Shown here in pieces: positions 6,831 to 10,337 of a DNA stretch of 10,337 bases (position 1 is its first letter; each line of letters starts with the position of its first letter). Where the stretch lies: positions 1 to 10,337 of the forward strand of contig JAXDQU010000112.1 of the NCBI GenBank assembly GCA_034667685.1, given 5' to 3'. The notes below the pieces were generated by a model, which had not been told where the DNA came from, made no database searches, and saw only the letters and a list, made by a program, of their open reading frames with translations. Both the position numbers and the translations under genes were made by a program. Source of the DNA: Thermoplasmata archaeon. Its GTDB lineage: Archaea > Thermoplasmatota > SW-10-69-26 > JACQPN01 > JAJPHT01.

Positions 6831-6883
6831 GACGCGGCCGATGCCGTGCGGGGGAAATGTCCGGTTTCCCGAATCCCGTCGCT

Positions 6884-6973
6884 GTGACCCGGGCCGAAAC
6901 CCGAGAACCCGTGGACCCGAAGACCCGCCCGGGTTCTCGGGTCGTCGGTCCTCGGGTTTTCCGCCAGGGTCAC
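6884..6973. repeat. Imperfect ~43-bp inverted repeat built from 8-mer RRACCCGN units
   Basis: Arms at 6884-6926 and 6931-6973. Units are AAACCCGA, GAACCCGT, GGACCCGA and AGACCCGC. The outer stem GTGACCC/GGGTCAC includes the ychF stop codon. Confidence 0.8.
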
Positions 6974-8163
6974 TTGCCTGCGACGATCCGGAGCACGTCC
7001 CCGTTCTCGAGCGCGTAGTCCGCCCCGACGACGCGCTTCGTGCGGCCGTTCACGCCGCGGATGAAGTTCTCGCCGAGGTCCGTGTGGACCTTGTAGGCGA
7101 GGTCGCGCGCGGTGGCGCCCTTGCGCATCAGGTGCGCGTCGGGGAGCACGCGCCCCTCCTTGTCGGTGAAGTGCGTCTCGTCCTCGACGGGGTAGACGAC
7201 GATACGGTCGAGGAAGCGGTACACGGCCTCTTCGAGCAGCTTCTGGACGCCGGTGCCGCCGTAGGGGCGCATGACCTTCTCGCGGATCTGCTCGAGGCCC
7301 TTCTTCTGCGCCGCGTTGAGCTTGCCCTCGTCCACGAGCGTGAAGTCCGCGTCGCCCGGCTCGTAGCGCACGATGCCCGCCTCGGCCGCCTTGCGCAGGG
7401 CCATCTCGGCGTTCGCGCTCGTGGGGATGGCGGTGGCGCCCATCTTGGCGAGGCGCTGCACGGTGGCCGGGTCCGCGCTGTCGGCCTTGTTGAGCGCGAG
7501 CAGGATCGGCTTGCTCTGCCGGCGGATCTCGCCGCCCAGGCGGATGAGGTCCTCCTCGCCCCACTTCGTGACGACGGGCGGCATGTCCGACTTCGCGATG
7601 GCCTTGGCGAGGTCGTGCTCCTTGATGCCCAGGCCCGTGAGGCGCTGGGCGAGCACCGTCTCGGGCTTCTCGTTCTTCATCGTGATGCCGCGCGCGGTGG
7701 CCGCGAAGTCCTTGCCGATGATGCCGCCGATCCACGCGTCCAGCTCGCGCTCCAGGAACGCGACGTCCTGCGCCGGGTCGTGCGAGTGCGCGGGGACCGG
7801 GTTGCCCTCGGCGTCCGTCGCGCCGCTGGCGTCGACGACGTGGACCATCACGTCCGCGCTGCGGAGGTCGTCGAGGAACTTGTTGCCCATGCCCTTGCCG
7901 CTGTGCGCATCGGGGACGAGGCCCGCGACGTCGAGCACCTCGGCGGGGATCCAGCGCGTGCCCTGGACGCACTTGCCGGTGCGCGGCGTGCACGCCTCCA
8001 GCCCGAGCGCCGGGTGCGGGCACGTGGCGCGCAGGTAGGCCACGCCGCGGTTGGGGGCGATCGTGGTGAAGGGATAGTTGGCGATCTCCGCGGGGGCGCG
8101 GGTGGACGCCGTGAAGAAGGTGGACTTGCCGACGTTGGGCTTGCCCACGAGGCCAAGGAGCAT
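6970..8163 (-). CDS. ychF: YchF/Obg-family translation-associated NTPase (archaeal type) with C-terminal TGS domain
   Basis: GLVGKPNVGKSTFF (G1), ANYPFTTI (G2), DVAGLV...G.GMGNKFLDDLR (G3), NKAD (G4), and TGS motif LAYKVHTDLGENFIRG; 397 aa. Confidence 0.93.
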   Translation of the reverse strand: MLLGLVGKPNVGKSTFFTASTRAPAEIANYPFTTIAPNRGVAYLRATCPHPALGLEACTPRTGKCVQGTRWIPAEVLDVAGLVPDAHSGKGMGNKFLDDLRSADVMVHVVDASGATDAEGNPVPAHSHDPAQDVAFLERELDAWIGGIIGKDFAATARGITMKNEKPETVLAQRLTGLGIKEHDLAKAIAKSDMPPVVTKWGEEDLIRLGGEIRRQSKPILLALNKADSADPATVQRLAKMGATAIPTSANAEMALRKAAEAGIVRYEPGDADFTLVDEGKLNAAQKKGLEQIREKVMRPYGGTGVQKLLEEAVYRFLDRIVVYPVEDETHFTDKEGRVLPDAHLMRKGATARDLAYKVHTDLGENFIRGVNGRTKRVVGADYALENGDVLRIVAGK

Positions 8164-8192
8164 GGGCGCCGCAACGCGGGTCTGACGAAAAA

Positions 8193-8255
8193 GGGCTAGG
8201 GGCTCCGGGCTCTGGACTCCGGAGCCCTGAGTCCGGAGTCCAGAGCCCGGAGCCC
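8193..8255. repeat. Perfect 24-bp inverted repeat made of 7-mer tandem units; possible terminator for the peptide genes
   Basis: GGGCTCCGGGCTCTGGACTCCGGA (8200-8223) is the exact reverse complement of 8232-8255, with an 8-nt loop. Nine consecutive heptamers. Followed on the minus strand by CCCTTTTT. Confidence 0.9.
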
Positions 8256-8265
8256 GTCGTCCGGC

Positions 8266-8496
8266 TTACGGCAGGCCGACCCAGCTGTTCACGTTGGGCA
8301 GGCCGGGCTCGTTCCCGCTCGCGGCGGGCGCGCATTCGGGGCGGCACCAGCAGTTGTCGTCCGGAGGCGCGGGCTGCCAGCAGCGCGGGATGCAGTACCA
8401 GTACGAGAGGCACACCTCGCTGGGCGGGACGAACGAGTCCGCCAGCCCCGGGAGGAGCATGAGCCCCGCGACGGCCACGAGGGCGAGCGCGCGCAT
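8266..8496 (-). CDS. Secreted six-cysteine peptide B (76 aa)
   Basis: ATG overlaps the upstream TGA (TGATG). Signal peptide MRALALVAVAGLMLLPGLA. Core CLSYWYCIPRCWQPAPPDDNCWCRPEC. Confidence 0.75.
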   Translation of the reverse strand: MRALALVAVAGLMLLPGLADSFVPPSEVCLSYWYCIPRCWQPAPPDDNCWCRPECAPAASGNEPGLPNVNSWVGLP

Positions 8497-8699
8497 CAGC
8501 CCATCTCCGGGGGCGGCGGGCACTCCGGGGCGCAGGCGCAGTACGTGTTGGGCGGCGGGACGCAGATGAGGCAGCCCGAGTAGTACGAGTGGCCGATGAC
8601 GCACGGGAGCGGCTTCGAGGCCTCGGCGGCGCCCGCGAGCAGCGTGATCCCGAAGGTCGCCAGCGAGAGCGCGATCAGCAGCGTGGTGACGGTGTTCAT
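8496..8699 (-). CDS. Secreted six-cysteine peptide A (67 aa)
   Basis: SD GGAGGT upstream. Hydrophobic signal ending AEA. Core CVIGHSYYSGCLICVPPPNTYCACAPEC. Confidence 0.8.
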   Translation of the reverse strand: MNTVTTLLIALSLATFGITLLAGAAEASKPLPCVIGHSYYSGCLICVPPPNTYCACAPECPPPPEMG

Positions 8700-8742
8700 C
8701 CAGAACCTCCGGTCGCGGCAACGCCCCGGGAGGATAAGAGCC

Positions 8743-8985
8743 TCACGCCAACCCGACGGCCCAGGCCAGGAAGAGGAACGCGCCGAGCAGCCCCACGAGC
8801 CCCGCGCCCATCGCGATGCGCCCGTGCGAGCCGAAGAGCGCCACGCCGCCCATGCCCGCCGCCAGGACGCCGCCGCCCAGGGCGAGCGTGCCCGCCACGA
8901 GCGCCTCGGCGCCGCCCAGCGCCAGCCCGACGCCGGCCAGCGACGCGGCGGCCAGGAGGAGCGCGGCGACGTCGAGGCGTCTCAC
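8743..8985 (-). CDS. Small Gly/Ala/Leu-rich membrane protein (80 aa, about 3 TM segments)
   Basis: GTG overlaps the upstream TGA (GTGA) and is preceded by AGGAG. The translation is almost entirely hydrophobic. Confidence 0.7.
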   Translation of the reverse strand: MRRLDVAALLLAAASLAGVGLALGGAEALVAGTLALGGGVLAAGMGGVALFGSHGRIAMGAGLVGLLGAFLFLAWAVGLA

Positions 8986-10337
8986 GCGCGCCGCTCCTGG
9001 GTCTTCGCCTCCGCGCGCGTCTCGACGACGGGCACGTTGCGGTGGCGCTCCTCGTCGCGCGGCTCGCGGCGCGCCGGGTAGACGACCGGGACCACGAGGA
9101 CCGCGACCACGAAGGCGACCGCGAGCGCGACGGCGGTGGCGAGCATTGCGCGGCGCGCCTCGACGTCCGAGACGCGCGTGAGCACGAGGAACGAGGCGGC
9201 GACGATGACGAAGCCGTAGAGCACGCCCTTGCCCGCGCCCTCGTACGCGCCGCGCGTGTCGCCGCTCCGCTTCGCGCGCAGGGCGAGGTGCGCCACGTGC
9301 GCGGTGCCCACGGCGCCCAGCACGACGACCGGCAGCGCGAGCGCGATCGAGAGGCCCACGCCCGCGTAGGGGAGCGCCGCGAGCCAGACCACGCCGGCGA
9401 TCGCGACGAGCGCGAGGACGGCGAGCGTCACGCGAAGCGAGCGCGTCAGGAGCAGCGCGCCCGCGACGGCGGTGATCGCAGCGGCGTCGGCCATGGCATT
9501 GATCCAGGGCTGCTGCTGCGCGGCGAGCTGGCGCTCGGCGGCGGACTGGCCCACGTAGCTGACGCGCAGGTCGGCGGGCTTCTGCGCGGCGTTCTTCGCG
9601 AGCGCGGCCTGCACCTCGCGGGTCGCGGCGGCGTCGTCGGCGGGCGTGCCGCCCTTCACCGAGAAGATCGTGACGGCCGTGTCGTAGCCGTGGTCCACGA
9701 TGAGCGCGCCCAGCGGCCCGAGGGGCGAGGCGGAGGCCGCGTCGAGGTCGGCCTTGATCTCGGCCTGCGTCTGCGGGTACGCGTCGGTGCGCGGCGTGGG
9801 CGCGGCGCCGGGGATGACCTGGTTCTGCACGAGGCCGCCCGCGCCGTCGTGCACGTGGACCCACGTGTCGAGGACGAAGGGAAGGTCGCGCAGCGTGTCG
9901 GCCACGACGTGCGAGGACCTGTTCTGCGCGCCCTGCCGCAGCGTGTCGGAGACGGCGCGGATGTAGGCGTGCGCGGCGGGTTGCGTCAGGTCGCCCTCGA
10001 AGACGAGGACGTTCGCCTTGATATCAGGCGAGCCGGCGGCGTAGAAGCCCTCGATGGCCTTGTCGTTCTCGACGCGGAGCGGGTCGGTGGCGGCCCAGCT
10101 GCGCGGCGGGTCGATGCGCGCGTCCTCCGGGATCGCCATGGCGCCGGAGAGGGCGACGCTCGCGAGAAGGATCAGCGCGGCGGCGACGAACCAGCGCCCG
10201 CGGGAGACGCCCACCGCGATGGGCGGCATCAGGCGCGAGGGGGCGTGCGACTCGCGGCGGCCGCGCTGGAGCGTCGCGTCGGAGCGGTCGCCCAGCGCGA
10301 GCACCGCAGGTGCGAGCGTGAGCGTCAGGAGCAGCGA
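8982..10337 (-). CDS. MMPL/RND-family transporter, C-terminal half (5'-truncated by the window edge)
   Basis: Frame is open to the window end (SLLLTLTLAPAVLAL...). One TM, then a large extracellular domain (GDLTQP...YI..V; VSYVGQS), then about 5 TMs (LLLTRSLR...; ending LVVPVV), which is the RND repeat topology. Confidence 0.78.
   Translation of the reverse strand, partial: SLLLTLTLAPAVLALGDRSDATLQRGRRESHAPSRLMPPIAVGVSRGRWFVAAALILLASVALSGAMAIPEDARIDPPRSWAATDPLRVENDKAIEGFYAAGSPDIKANVLVFEGDLTQPAAHAYIRAVSDTLRQGAQNRSSHVVADTLRDLPFVLDTWVHVHDGAGGLVQNQVIPGAAPTPRTDAYPQTQAEIKADLDAASASPLGPLGALIVDHGYDTAVTIFSVKGGTPADDAAATREVQAALAKNAAQKPADLRVSYVGQSAAERQLAAQQQPWINAMADAAAITAVAGALLLTRSLRVTLAVLALVAIAGVVWLAALPYAGVGLSIALALPVVVLGAVGTAHVAHLALRAKRSGDTRGAYEGAGKGVLYGFVIVAASFLVLTRVSDVEARRAMLATAVALAVAFVVAVLVVPVVYPARREPRDEERHRNVPVVETRAEAKTQERRA

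Noticed and set aside
6852-6870. GGGAAA-N7-TTTCCC inverted repeat upstream of the CARDB gene
   Set aside because: It could be an operator, but it is short, single-copy and has no regulator nearby.
6884-8255. ychF as cargo of a transposon, or the flanking repeats as CRISPR arrays
   Set aside because: The two flanking palindromes differ in sequence and unit length. There is no transposase, no unique spacers and no cas gene.

Overview
Very GC-rich archaeal genomic DNA, with diagnostic dph5, Trm5-type methyltransferase and archaeal YchF/Obg genes. TATA-like boxes lie about 25 nt upstream of several starts. A Thermoplasmatota-like lineage is my inference. Left to right: two paralogous exported/lipoproteins sharing a Cys-pair domain (+); trm5 <- nucleotidyltransferase <- small antitoxin-like gene <- dph5 (-); a flavin amine oxidase (+); a CxxC-x17-CxxC zinc-finger gene (-); a CARDB-domain gene with a relic cupredoxin N-terminus (-); ychF (-) bracketed by two palindromes built from short tandem repeats; two translationally coupled secreted six-cysteine peptides (-); a small membrane protein and a partial MMPL/RND transporter (-). 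The most unusual items are: (1) a 79-nt structured insert in the zinc-finger gene that separates its last sense codon from its stop codon and carries both an inverted and a direct copy of the gene end; (2) the twin six-Cys peptides; (3) a TA-like module coupled to trm5; (4) the cupredoxin relic with compensating frameshifts. All calls are from motif recognition by eye; no searches were run.
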